Of a DNA stretch of 64,000 nt, positions 1 to 9,187 are shown one piece after another. Origin of the DNA: Polyangiales bacterium (lineage in GTDB: Bacteria > Myxococcota_A > Polyangia > Polyangiales > Ga0077539); assembly GCA_044229975.1 (NCBI GenBank), contig JBGARZ010000010.1, positions 288,001 through 352,000 of the forward strand. The letters run 5' to 3'. Within the stretch, counting starts at the first letter, position 1; every line of letters begins with the position of its first letter. The notes beneath the pieces were generated by a model. The model was given only the letters and a program-made list of their open reading frames with translations. It was not told where the DNA came from and did no database searches. Position numbers and translations under genes: made by a program.

Positions 1-882
1 GAGCGCCTTCTTGCCTTCGAGCTGCAACTCCGTCAGCGCGATGAGCCCGTCGCCCGTCGCCACCCAGATGCGCTCCTTGTCCACCGCGACGATCTCGCCC
101 GGCGCGCCCGCGAGCACCGCCGGCGCTCCGTCGAGCGCCGTCGCGCGCACCATCAGCCGCCGCGCTCCCAGCGTCGTCGACGTCCCCGGCCACGGAACCA
201 ACCCCCGCACCTGATCGTGCAGCGCCCGCGCGCTGCGCTTCCAATCCATCGCCGCCATCTCCTTCGTGAGGATGGGCGCGAGCGTGTGGCGTTCGTGGTC
301 TTGCGCGACGGGCGTGAGCATTCCGCCGACGTAGTGCGCGAGCTCTTCTTCGAGCAGCGCGACGCCCAGCGCGCACAGCCGATCGGCGAGCGACGGTGAC
401 GTCTCGTCGGGGTCGATGGGCGTCCTTCGGATGGAGAGCATCGGGCCCGTGTCGAGCCCCTCGTCCATCTTCATCAGCGTGACGCCCGTCTCCGCGTCGC
501 CCGACAGAATCGCCCACTGGATGGGCGCCGCCCCGCGGTGTCTCGGCAACACCGACGCGTGCACGTTGAGGCACCCGAGGCGCGGCGCCGCGAGGACATC
601 CGGCGGCAGGATGCGCCCATACGCCACCACCACGGCGACGTCGACGGCGAGCTCACGCAGCCACGCGGCCACGACTCCATCGCGCAACTTCGCGGGTTGG
701 GAGACGGGGAGGTTGTGTTCGAGCGCGTAGCGCTTGACGGGCGGCGCGGTGACGACGTTGCCACGGCCGACGGGCTTGTCGGGCTGGCAGACGACGGCGG
801 CCACGTCAGCGATCCTGGTCAGTGCGGCGAGCGGGGGGACGGCGAAGGCGGGGGTTCCGAAGAAGGCGACGCGGGGGCGCAT
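1..882 (-). CDS. fmt: Methionyl-tRNA formyltransferase (3' end runs off the window)
   Basis: Manual translation from ATG at 882: MRPRVAFFGTPAFAVP..VCQPDKPVGRG..VVAYGRILP..CLNVHASVLPRHRGAAPIQWAIL..GVTLMKMDEGLDTGP. Lies directly downstream of def. Confidence 0.96.
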   Translation of the reverse strand, partial: MRPRVAFFGTPAFAVPPLAALTRIADVAAVVCQPDKPVGRGNVVTAPPVKRYALEHNLPVSQPAKLRDGVVAAWLRELAVDVAVVVAYGRILPPDVLAAPRLGCLNVHASVLPRHRGAAPIQWAILSGDAETGVTLMKMDEGLDTGPMLSIRRTPIDPDETSPSLADRLCALGVALLEEELAHYVGGMLTPVAQDHERHTLAPILTKEMAAMDWKRSARALHDQVRGLVPWPGTSTTLGARRLMVRATALDGAPAVLAGAPGEIVAVDKERIWVATGDGLIALTELQLEGKKAL

Positions 883-898
883 GGGCGTAGAGCGTGGG

Positions 899-1417
899 TC
901 AGGGGCGGGCGTCGGCGCGGGCGCGCTTCTGCATGTCGCGGTCGATCATGCGGCGGCGCAGGAGCGAGACGTGGTCGACCATGAGCTGGCCGTCGAGGTG
1001 GTCGTTTTCGTGCTGGATGGCGATGGCGAGCAGACCCTCGGCCTGCATCTCGAAGGTCTTCCCGTCGAGGCCCATGGCGCGCACGGTGACCTTCTCGGCG
1101 CGCTCGATCTCCTCGTGGATGCCCGGGAAGGAGAGGCAGCCTTCCTCCCAGACGGTCTCGCCCACGCGCTGGATGATCTCGGGGTTGATGAAGTAGTGAA
1201 GCTGGCTGGGGTCGTCGGTGCCGGAGGCCACGTCGATGACGAAGACGCGCAGCGCGACGCCGATCTGCGGGGCCGCGAGCCCGACGCCGGGCGCTGCGTA
1301 CATGGTCTCGGCCATGTCGTCGCAGAGCGCACGCACCGCGTCGGTGACCTCGGTCACGGGCTGGGCCTTCACGCGCAGTCGCTTGTCGGGGTAGCGGAGA
1401 ATGGTTCGGATCGCCAT
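899..1417 (-). CDS. def: Peptide deformylase
   Basis: Motifs GVGLAAPQIG, EGCLSFPG and QHENDHLDG. Start MAIRTILRYPD at 1417. Confidence 0.97.
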   Translation of the reverse strand: MAIRTILRYPDKRLRVKAQPVTEVTDAVRALCDDMAETMYAAPGVGLAAPQIGVALRVFVIDVASGTDDPSQLHYFINPEIIQRVGETVWEEGCLSFPGIHEEIERAEKVTVRAMGLDGKTFEMQAEGLLAIAIQHENDHLDGQLMVDHVSLLRRRMIDRDMQKRARADARP

Positions 1418-1520
1418 GACGTCACCTGATCGGAGGGGAGAGGCGTCGGGAGAACTATCGCGTGCCCTCCCGCGGCGCAACCCGCAGCGGTCTGGCCAAC
1501 CTCTGGTGTATGGTCGGCGC

Positions 1521-1904
1521 GTGTCCAACGCAGCCACGCGCGGAATCCGGGTGCAGGTGAAGAGTCAGTACCTGCCCGAGCGGTCGCAGCCGCTCCGGCA
1601 GCAGTACGTGTTCGCGTACACGGTGACGATCCACAACGAGGGACAGGTCACGGCGCAGCTCAAGGCGCGGCACTGGGTCATCACCGACGCCGACGGCAAC
1701 GTGCAGGAGGTTCGCGGCGAAGGGGTCGTCGGCGAGCAGCCCACGCTGCGCCCCGGGCAGACCTTCGAGTACACCTCGGGCTGCTCGCTCCGCACCCCAC
1801 GCGGAACCATGGAGGGCACCTACCAGATGCTCGACGACCGCGGCGACCGCTTCGACGCGCGCATCGCGCCCTTCTCGCTGGCGCTCCCCCACAGCCTCAA
1901 CTGA
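1521..1904 (+). CDS. apaG: ApaG (Co2+/Mg2+ efflux-associated) protein
   Basis: YVFAYTVTIHNEG..QLKARHWVITD..EVRGEGVVGEQP..FEYTSG..GTMEGTYQM. GTG start at 1521. Confidence 0.95.
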   Translation: MSNAATRGIRVQVKSQYLPERSQPLRQQYVFAYTVTIHNEGQVTAQLKARHWVITDADGNVQEVRGEGVVGEQPTLRPGQTFEYTSGCSLRTPRGTMEGTYQMLDDRGDRFDARIAPFSLALPHSLN

Positions 1905-1917
1905 CGGTCGTCCACCG

Positions 1918-3153
1918 ATGGTCGAGCGTCGCGCGGCGCTGGTGGTACGGCGGGCCCTCGGGTCGCCCCGCGACGTCACGCGCGCCCACGACGCGCTGAA
2001 GCAGGCGGGCGTTGCGCTGGGCGCGTCGCTCTCCGCGGCGTTGGCCGACGACCGCTGGGGCGTGGTGCTGCTGGCCGAGCAGCGCGCCGTGGTGGTGGGC
2101 GTCCTCGTGCTGCGCTGGGTGCGCGCGGTGGGCGACGGCCCCGACGCGACGCCCGCCGTCGCGTGGGTCGACCGCTGCTGGTCCATCGACGACGACCCAT
2201 CGGTCATCGAGGCGCTGGAGGACGCTGCCCGCGCCGAGGCGGAGTCCCGCGACGTCACCGGGCTCCGCGGTTTTACCGAACCCGGTATGCCCGTCGCGTC
2301 ATCGCTCTCTCCACCACCGACCGTGCCCGTTGCACACTCTTCTGCGCTCGTTCTCGCCGATGGTGTGACGGTGCGCCTCGACCCCGACGCCGACCCGCTC
2401 GTCACCCTCTGGAACGGCGCCCAGGCCTTCCGCGCGCGCCGTCCCTCCGACCGCACGCTGGCGAGCTGGAGCGCCGATGACACGGTGGGTTCGCGCGAGG
2501 TCGACGACGGCGACGCGCTGCGCTTCGACGCGACGACCCGGCGGCTGCGCGAGTGCTGGCTGACGCGCCCCTCGCGGGTGGCCTTCGACGAGGACGTGTG
2601 GCGCGCGGCGATGTCGCTGGAGGTGACTCCGGCCGTGCTCACGCTGACGTCGGGTGACGGCTTCGCGCTACCCGCGATGGAGGTCGGCGTGTTCGATCTC
2701 GCGCTCTCGGGTTACGTGGCGCTGCGCGCGTCCGACCTCGCCGCCGGTGCGTCGTCGCTGTCCGGTTGGACGGCCGCCATGGTCTCTCCCGAGGTGGCGC
2801 TGCTCTTCGACGCGAGCGGTCGCTGGTCGGGGTGGCGGGTGCACGACGTGGTGTCCCGCGCGCGCCCCATGGGCTGGCCCGACGTGCGCGAGGAGCCCAT
2901 TCCCCCCGGAACCTCCCGCGACGCCCTGACAGCCCTCCTCTACGACTGGATGTGCATCGACGCGGGCGACCGCACGCGCCCTGACCTGGCGGTCGACCCC
3001 GACGACATCGCGCACATGGTCTCGCTGCGCGGTCGCGCGCGCTCGCTGGCCGATGCCGCGGGTGCGGCGGGCGACGCTGCGGTGGCGGGCGTCGCGAGCG
3101 ACGTGGCCGCGCAGGTGTATTGGAGCTGGGGGTTCTTCCGCGTGGGGGACTGA
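1918..3153 (+). CDS. Hypothetical protein
   Basis: 411-aa ORF with host-like codon usage that fills the gap between apaG and the convergent cupin gene. No motif recognised. Confidence 0.6.
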   Translation: MVERRAALVVRRALGSPRDVTRAHDALKQAGVALGASLSAALADDRWGVVLLAEQRAVVVGVLVLRWVRAVGDGPDATPAVAWVDRCWSIDDDPSVIEALEDAARAEAESRDVTGLRGFTEPGMPVASSLSPPPTVPVAHSSALVLADGVTVRLDPDADPLVTLWNGAQAFRARRPSDRTLASWSADDTVGSREVDDGDALRFDATTRRLRECWLTRPSRVAFDEDVWRAAMSLEVTPAVLTLTSGDGFALPAMEVGVFDLALSGYVALRASDLAAGASSLSGWTAAMVSPEVALLFDASGRWSGWRVHDVVSRARPMGWPDVREEPIPPGTSRDALTALLYDWMCIDAGDRTRPDLAVDPDDIAHMVSLRGRARSLADAAGAAGDAAVAGVASDVAAQVYWSWGFFRVGD

Positions 3154-3159
3154 GCGCCG

Positions 3160-4344
3160 TCAGCGCGCGAAGGCGACGGCGCCTTCGAGCAGCAGCCGAC
3201 GGAGCATGGTGACCTTGCCCTTGTCGTCGAGCTCGTCGCCGAGGTCGGCGAGGCGAAACGTTCCGTCGCGCTTGAGCGTCGCCGCGAGGATGGGGGCGAT
3301 GGCCGCGGGCCAGCGGGTGCTGCGCCCGTTGACGGTGAGCACCGCGGCATCATCCGTCTCTTCGACCTCGGTGCGCGCGCCGGGTCGACGTGCGAAGACG
3401 GTGTCCGCGGTGATGGGGGCGATGGCGCCGGTGACGAGTCCGGGGAGGTGTTCTTTGTGTTCGCGGTCGAACTGCTCGTGCAGTCGCTCACGAACATCGT
3501 CCCAGCGCACCGCGCTCAAGACACGGTCGACCCGCTGTTGCATGGCGGCGCGGAGCTCGTCGTCGCTGGCGTCGTTGCGCAGCGCACCGAGCGGAACACC
3601 CGCGCGCAGATCGGGGTCACGCAGCGCCTGGACGGCGAGCGCTTCGAGCAGCACCTCCGACCAGCGAAACGGGTGCAGCCCGATGGTGACGTGCATGGAC
3701 GGCCCGTCGTCGACGGCGACGGCGTCGTGCATGAGGCCGCGCGGGATGTAGAGAACGTCGCCGGTCTGGAGCAGCAGCTCGGTGGTGAGCGCGCCGACCT
3801 TGGTCTCGGTGGGGTTGAAGCGTTCGCCGCGCATGGGGAGGCCGCGCGGGCTGTCGTAGAGGCGCCACTGCTTCTGGCCGACGCACTGCACGAGCAGAAC
3901 GTCGTGGCTGTCGAAGTGGGGCGCGAAGCCCTGGGCGCCGCCGGGCGTGAGGTAGAGGTTGGCCTGGGCGTGGATGCCGAGCTCGGACTCCAGGCGCGCG
4001 AGGATGGCGCGCACGTGGGGGGAGAGCTGGTCGAGGTTGTTGACGATGATGGTGGCGCCCGCGGCGAAGAGCCTGGCGACCTTGATGGGGTCGATGAGGC
4101 TCTCGTCGTCGCTGTAGTCTTCGGCCTCGACGGGGTCGCGGGCGTTGACGAGGGAGACGTCGGGGTGACGGCTGGCGCGCGCGGTGAGCATCGCGTCGAC
4201 GCCGTCGAGGGTGACCATCGCGGCGCGGGCGTCGTCGGGCCGGCCGCGCACGTGGAGCGGTCGCTGCTCCCAGTGGTGGTCGAGGAAATGTTGGAGGGAG
4301 TGCGGAGCGAGCAGCCCCGCGAGGGTGGGAAACCGCTCGTCCAT
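3160..4344 (-). CDS. JmjC/cupin-4 (ROXA/YcfD-like) 2-oxoglutarate/Fe(II) hydroxylase
   Basis: FLDHHWEQRPLHV..QANLYLTPGGAQGFAPHFDSHDVLLVQCVGQKQWRLY..LQTGDVLYIPRGLMHDA..SMHVTIG gives the HxD..H iron triad. The C-terminus looks winged-helix-like. ATG at 4344. Confidence 0.9.
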   Translation of the reverse strand: MDERFPTLAGLLAPHSLQHFLDHHWEQRPLHVRGRPDDARAAMVTLDGVDAMLTARASRHPDVSLVNARDPVEAEDYSDDESLIDPIKVARLFAAGATIIVNNLDQLSPHVRAILARLESELGIHAQANLYLTPGGAQGFAPHFDSHDVLLVQCVGQKQWRLYDSPRGLPMRGERFNPTETKVGALTTELLLQTGDVLYIPRGLMHDAVAVDDGPSMHVTIGLHPFRWSEVLLEALAVQALRDPDLRAGVPLGALRNDASDDELRAAMQQRVDRVLSAVRWDDVRERLHEQFDREHKEHLPGLVTGAIAPITADTVFARRPGARTEVEETDDAAVLTVNGRSTRWPAAIAPILAATLKRDGTFRLADLGDELDDKGKVTMLRRLLLEGAVAFAR

Positions 4345-4370
4345 GGTGTGGTGTCGGGAGCGACGGAGGA

Positions 4371-4769
4371 CTATCGGCAGCGACGACCGCGGCCGACGCC
4401 GTCGGCGTAGCGGCCGCCGTCGGAGTCGGTGCAGCCGCGTCGGCGGTAGCGGGGAGGAGGCGGAGCGCGGTAACGGCCGCCGCCACCGCCGCCGCGACCG
4501 CAGTTGGACTCGTCGCCGGAGTCGGAGTCGGTGAGGCCGGTGTGGCCGCGGCCCACGCCGTCGGCGAAGCGACCCCCGTCGGAGTCGGTGCGACCCGTGC
4601 GGCGCCGGCAAGCCTCGGCGTCTTCGGTGCGGAGCGTCACGACGCCGATGGCCGCGCCGATGAGCGCACCGATGGAGGCGAGCGCCGATCGCCGCGGAAC
4701 CGCCGCAACCTCCGTGATGTCACTCGGATCCAGGGTGAGTTGCTTCTTGGACGGATCTTGATCGGCCAC
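4371..4769 (-). CDS. Small Tat-signal protein with three TDSD-G repeats (candidate RiPP precursor)
   Basis: GTG start with AGGAGG RBS. RRSAL + hydrophobic stretch + AEA cleavage site. Repeats TDSDGGRFADGVGRG, TDSDSGDESNCGRG and TDSDGGRYADGVGRG. Confidence 0.8.
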   Translation of the reverse strand: MADQDPSKKQLTLDPSDITEVAAVPRRSALASIGALIGAAIGVVTLRTEDAEACRRRTGRTDSDGGRFADGVGRGHTGLTDSDSGDESNCGRGGGGGGRYRAPPPPRYRRRGCTDSDGGRYADGVGRGRRCR

Positions 4770-4905
4770 GGGATACCTCCTGCGCGTTGAAACGGTCCCT
4801 CAGAAGGGCAGTTTCACACGCTCAAGGCGCAGCTTGTCAACGTACTTGGAAAGTTGATTGAGAGAATCAAAACCGCAGATGGAGAGGGGAGACGAATTGT
4901 CTCAT

Positions 4906-5421
4906 TCAGGGTGCTCCTGCGGCGATCCAGTCGCGGACGAGTGCGATGAGTTCGGGGGAGAGGGGGTCTGCGCCTTGGGGCATGCGTGATCCGCAGGGGG
5001 GCGAGTCTTCGGTGATCTTCCGATAGAGGAGGCTGCCGTCGGGGTCGCCGGGGCGTACCCGGGTGAGGCCTTGTCCGGAGCACGAGACGCCCATGGCAGA
5101 GACGTTTCGGAGCGTGGTGGCGGGCTGGTCGTCGTCGAGGCGCATGCGGCCGGTGGGTTCGGCGCTGGCGTGGCAGCTCGGGATGGCGCAGTGGGGTCGA
5201 AACACCCGTGCTTCGATGACGGCGAGGGTGACGCCGGCGTCGACGAAGCCTGCGTCGGCGGGGACTACACTGCCGACATCACTTCCGACATCGTTGCGAA
5301 CATCGATGGGGATGTCATTGCCGATATCGGTGATGGTGGCGGCGTCCTGGGGTGCGGGGGTCGGGTCGGCCGAGCAGCCGAGCGACAGGGCGAGGAGGGC
5401 GAAGGAGGCGGTGCGGTTCAT
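4906..5421 (-). CDS. Lipoprotein with cytochrome c-like domain (atypical CX4CH motif)
   Basis: Lipobox LSLGC; HCAIPSCH..RVRPGDPDGSLLY..CGSRMP..IALVRDWIAAGA. Confidence 0.7.
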   Translation of the reverse strand: MNRTASFALLALSLGCSADPTPAPQDAATITDIGNDIPIDVRNDVGSDVGSVVPADAGFVDAGVTLAVIEARVFRPHCAIPSCHASAEPTGRMRLDDDQPATTLRNVSAMGVSCSGQGLTRVRPGDPDGSLLYRKITEDSPPCGSRMPQGADPLSPELIALVRDWIAAGAP

Positions 5422-6782
5422 CGGGTGGGCTCCGCGGTGGGGGTGCGGCCGGCGTCGCCGCCGAGGGTGGCGAGCGCGCGGCGGGCTTCGGCGACGTTGC
5501 GGCGGTCGAAGTGGGCGTTGAGCTGGAGGGCGTCGGAGAGCAGCGAGCGGGCCTCGGCGCGGTCGCCTCGGGCGAGGGCGATCATGCCGCCGTGGAAGAG
5601 AAACTTCGCCTCGGGGGTGTTGAGTCTTCGCGCGCGGGCGGACATGGCCTGGGCTTCATCGAGGTTGCCGTTGCGGAGCAGGGCCCAGGCGAGGGCGTCG
5701 AGGGTGTAGATGTCGTCGGGGCGGTTGGTGAGTTCGCGGCGGGCGAGCTCGACCGCGGCGGCGTGTTCGGTGTCGTGGTTGGCGTAGTAGAGGCTGAGGG
5801 TGCGGGGGTCGGAGCGACGTCCGGCGCGTTCGAGCTGGGCGGTGGTCTCGCGGGCTTCGGCGGGGCGGTTGGCGGCGTCGAGGGCGTCGGCGAGGGCGGC
5901 GAGGTGTTCGGTGATGGAGCTCGCGCGCACGGCGGCTTGATAGCGGGTGATGGCCTCGGGGAGGTTGTCGCGCGCTTCGAGCACGCGGCCCATGCCGAGG
6001 AGGGCGGGGGCGTGATCGGGAAAGGTCTGGAGGGCGCTGGTGTAGAGCTGGGCGGCCTGCTCAAGGTCGTCCACGGCGAGATACAGGTTGCCGAGTTGAA
6101 CGGTGGTCCAGGCGATCTCTTCGGGGTTGCGGGGTGAGCCGGCGGCGATGGCGCGTCTCCCGACATCGATGGCGCCTTCGATGTCGCCGAGGAGCCATCG
6201 CATCCACGAGGCGCGGGTGTACGACGCGAGGTTGGGGCGCATGTTGGCCATGCGCTGGTAGGCCTGTTCGGCGGCTTCGTAGTGGCCGAGCTCCATCTCG
6301 GCGTCGCCGAGGATGCCGTAGGTGGCGGAGTTGTTGGGGTGGTGGGCGATGATGCGCTGGGCGGCGGCGAGGGCGTCGCGGAAGCGGTGGTCCTGCATGA
6401 GCAGGTGGGCCTGGAGCTGGAGGGCGATGGCGTCATCGCGGTCGATGCGGAGGGCGCGGGTGACGGCGTCGTTGGCCTGCTCGTACCAGGCGGGGTCGGC
6501 GCGCTCGCGGGCCTTGCGGATGAAGGCTTGCGCGAGGTCGAGGAGGGGGCGGGTGCGCCGCGGGTTGGCGCGTGCGGCGCGCTGGGCGGTGCGGATGAGG
6601 TTGTCGACGGGGGCGTCACCGGGGACGGGGGCCATGGCGCCGGTGGTGTCGAGGGCAGCGGGCGCGGCGTCGGGCGCGGTGGTCGACGAGCGGGCGGAGC
6701 GAGTGAGCGGGGCGGGGTCGCGGCAGGCCGAGAGGGTGAGCGCGAGCGAGAGGGCGAGGCGGTGGGCGGGGGAGAGGGTCAT
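5418..6782 (-). CDS. Tetratricopeptide-repeat lipoprotein
   Basis: Lipobox LTLSAC. Multiple TPR-like helices (YGILGDAEMELGHYEAAEQAYQRM; YTLDALAWALLRNG). This type commonly partners DUF4331. Confidence 0.85.
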   Translation of the reverse strand: MTLSPAHRLALSLALTLSACRDPAPLTRSARSSTTAPDAAPAALDTTGAMAPVPGDAPVDNLIRTAQRAARANPRRTRPLLDLAQAFIRKARERADPAWYEQANDAVTRALRIDRDDAIALQLQAHLLMQDHRFRDALAAAQRIIAHHPNNSATYGILGDAEMELGHYEAAEQAYQRMANMRPNLASYTRASWMRWLLGDIEGAIDVGRRAIAAGSPRNPEEIAWTTVQLGNLYLAVDDLEQAAQLYTSALQTFPDHAPALLGMGRVLEARDNLPEAITRYQAAVRASSITEHLAALADALDAANRPAEARETTAQLERAGRRSDPRTLSLYYANHDTEHAAAVELARRELTNRPDDIYTLDALAWALLRNGNLDEAQAMSARARRLNTPEAKFLFHGGMIALARGDRAEARSLLSDALQLNAHFDRRNVAEARRALATLGGDAGRTPTAEPTR

Positions 6783-6794
6783 CGGGTGGCGGGC

Positions 6795-8945
6795 TCAGGC
6801 GGAGTGATGGGGGATGGGGGAATGGGGTGACGGAAGGGAGCGGCGGGCGAGGGAGGAGCCGAAGCCATCGGTGGAGGGGGCCGTGTAGATGCGAAGGGGA
6901 GTGGTTGAGAGGCCGGTCTCGCTGCCGAGGAAGACGAAGACGCGGCTGAAGCCATCCCAGACGATGGCGTCGTCGTAGCCATCTCGATTGAAGTCGCCGG
7001 TGCGGATGCCCTGTCCGAAACCGGAGTCACTGGGACGAGAGATGATAAGCGGCGGCGTTGAGTCGCTGAAGGTAGCGCTTCCGAGATAGACGAGGATTCG
7101 GTTGTCACCTGGTTCGCCAATGAGGAGATCGGTAAAGCCGTCGCCATTGACGTCGCCAAAGGCGTCGGCGGAGGCGCCAAAGCGAGGGAGTGCCTGAAGG
7201 CTGGTAGAGCGCAGCACGACGGGCGTTACAGCGAGCCCGGTAGAACTACCCCACAAGACGAGAACTTGACCGACATCATTGGCCGCGATGACGTCGGCAA
7301 AACCGTCGCCGTTGACGTCTCCCGCAGACAAGACCCTCGTACTACGTCCCATCGGAGAAAATCGTGGACCCGCAGAGAGAAAGGGGAACAACGCAATGCC
7401 CTGCAATACCTGTATTCCACCTGAGGGCGGCGAGTTCACAATGTCAGAAAGTCCATCGCCGTTAATATCAATTGATCCGAGTATGTAGTTGAAGCTGCCC
7501 GTGCCGATGGTCGGAAGTACGATCGAGGGCGAAGCGGAAGGGCCGGAGGGACCACCAAGGTGCAACGCGAGACGCTCGTAGGCCAAGTTCACGGCGACAT
7601 CCGCATATCCATCCAGATTGATGTCGCCAATCGAGTAAACCGATGCAGAAGAACCAGTCGTCAGCCTTGTTGATGAGGGCGACGTTGCCAGACCCGCTGG
7701 GCTACCAAAATGAACTGCTGGGGCCGATTCAAAGCAGTTGCTGCCAAGGTCGCCATACCCGTCTCCATTGATGTCACCTAGAGCAGTGATGGGGAAACCA
7801 CAGCCATAGACGTCTGGAATCGGCCAGCGAAGCGTTGTGTTCTCCGTCGCAGGTAGCCCCGCGGGCAAGCCCAGGTAGACTCTCGCGTACGAGCGCGTGT
7901 TCGAAGTTCCAGCCGCGATATCACCGTACCCATCACCGTTGTAATCAGGCGCCAGGCCCATTGCCGTCATCCGTCCAGTTGAGCGAGAGCGAGTCCGAAA
8001 CCAGAAGGTCGAACTCACCGAGTCTCCGACGCCTGCTGACGTCCGGCCAAACAAGCGCCAGAAGTAGACCCCGCGGCTGAGATCGGATGGGAGAGTCGCC
8101 TCAGATCCAACGACGTCCATCGAAGTAACGACCGAAGCGCACGAACGGTCACGACAGACCTCAAGGCGTGCGCCAAGCACTCCCTCGGGCAGTTGCCATC
8201 GCAGCGTAGGACGACGTGACCCCAGAACCGAGAAGGCCGGAGGCCAGATAGGTTGTGGTGCTTCGATTGGCACACAACGACTCGCCGAGACACGCTGCCC
8301 GATTGGACACGCGGGCGCGCAGGTTCCGTTCACGCAGGAAGACGATCCACCCGTCGGGCTGGTGCACGGACTACGGCATCGGCCACAGTGAGCCGACGAC
8401 ACATTGAGGTCAACCTCGCACCCGTTGGACGCGACATCGTCGCAATCGCCGCGCCCGGCTTCACAGACGGAGACGTCTGGCGAGGACAATGGGATATCGC
8501 CGCCGACATCGAGCGGAGCGTCCGCCCCGGAACTACCTAGATCGGTTGAGGCCGTGGTGTCCGAAAGGGTTCCAGAGTCGTTGGTTGAAGCGCTGGTGTC
8601 TGACATGTCCGTGGGAGCATCCCCGATGCTCGCATCGACAATATCCGAGTCGAGCGCATCAATCTCCGGCTCTCGGTCAGCAACAACGTCGGAAGATGAG
8701 ACGTCTGTGATGACATCGACAGTGCCAATATCGACGGGCGGTTGATCCCCGACGCCATCCTTGGCGATTTGGAGCAGGTCGGTGGTATTGGTCGAGTCGG
8801 CGATGTATGTGTCCGATGGGAGCATTGCGTCGCGCCCGGAATCCGCGATGGTGATCTCCGGAACGCATGCGATGAACGATACGCCGCCGAGCGCGAGCAG
8901 CACTGGGATCGACGACTGGGGACCCGTGCGGGACGAGCGCAACAT
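6795..8945 (-). CDS. FG-GAP repeat (integrin-like) Cys-rich lipoprotein
   Basis: Repeated GD(I/V/F)NGDG(Y/F)xD motifs (about 7), a CEVDLNVSSAHCGRC Cys module and an Asp-rich linker. Start is uncertain; the ORF extends to 9044. AT-richer than its flanks. Confidence 0.85.
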   Translation of the reverse strand: MLRSSRTGPQSSIPVLLALGGVSFIACVPEITIADSGRDAMLPSDTYIADSTNTTDLLQIAKDGVGDQPPVDIGTVDVITDVSSSDVVADREPEIDALDSDIVDASIGDAPTDMSDTSASTNDSGTLSDTTASTDLGSSGADAPLDVGGDIPLSSPDVSVCEAGRGDCDDVASNGCEVDLNVSSAHCGRCRSPCTSPTGGSSSCVNGTCAPACPIGQRVSASRCVPIEAPQPIWPPAFSVLGSRRPTLRWQLPEGVLGARLEVCRDRSCASVVTSMDVVGSEATLPSDLSRGVYFWRLFGRTSAGVGDSVSSTFWFRTRSRSTGRMTAMGLAPDYNGDGYGDIAAGTSNTRSYARVYLGLPAGLPATENTTLRWPIPDVYGCGFPITALGDINGDGYGDLGSNCFESAPAVHFGSPAGLATSPSSTRLTTGSSASVYSIGDINLDGYADVAVNLAYERLALHLGGPSGPSASPSIVLPTIGTGSFNYILGSIDINGDGLSDIVNSPPSGGIQVLQGIALFPFLSAGPRFSPMGRSTRVLSAGDVNGDGFADVIAANDVGQVLVLWGSSTGLAVTPVVLRSTSLQALPRFGASADAFGDVNGDGFTDLLIGEPGDNRILVYLGSATFSDSTPPLIISRPSDSGFGQGIRTGDFNRDGYDDAIVWDGFSRVFVFLGSETGLSTTPLRIYTAPSTDGFGSSLARRSLPSPHSPIPHHSA

Positions 8946-9187
8946 GCCTCGCATGATAGACAACCCCCCATCCCATCGGCAATCGAGATCGGAGCGTTCG
9001 AAAGTCTGTTGGGATGCCATACGCACCACTTTGCGCGGCCCCAAGAGTGCCCAGGCGCGGAGCGCTGCGTATCGCCAGTTGTCTTATGACGGCCTCGTCG
9101 TTCACCAGGCAGGTGACCGGAGGGGTTGAGCGGGAAGTTGTCGAGAAGAGGAGGGAGATCGGCGAAGTGAGAAGCGCTGCGCTGACG

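Noticed and set aside
6806..6840. G-rich heptamer-like run (GATGGGG/AATGGGG), a possible G-quadruplex or MITE remnant
   Set aside because: Short and degenerate, with only superficial similarity to the MITE TIR and no partner inverted repeat.
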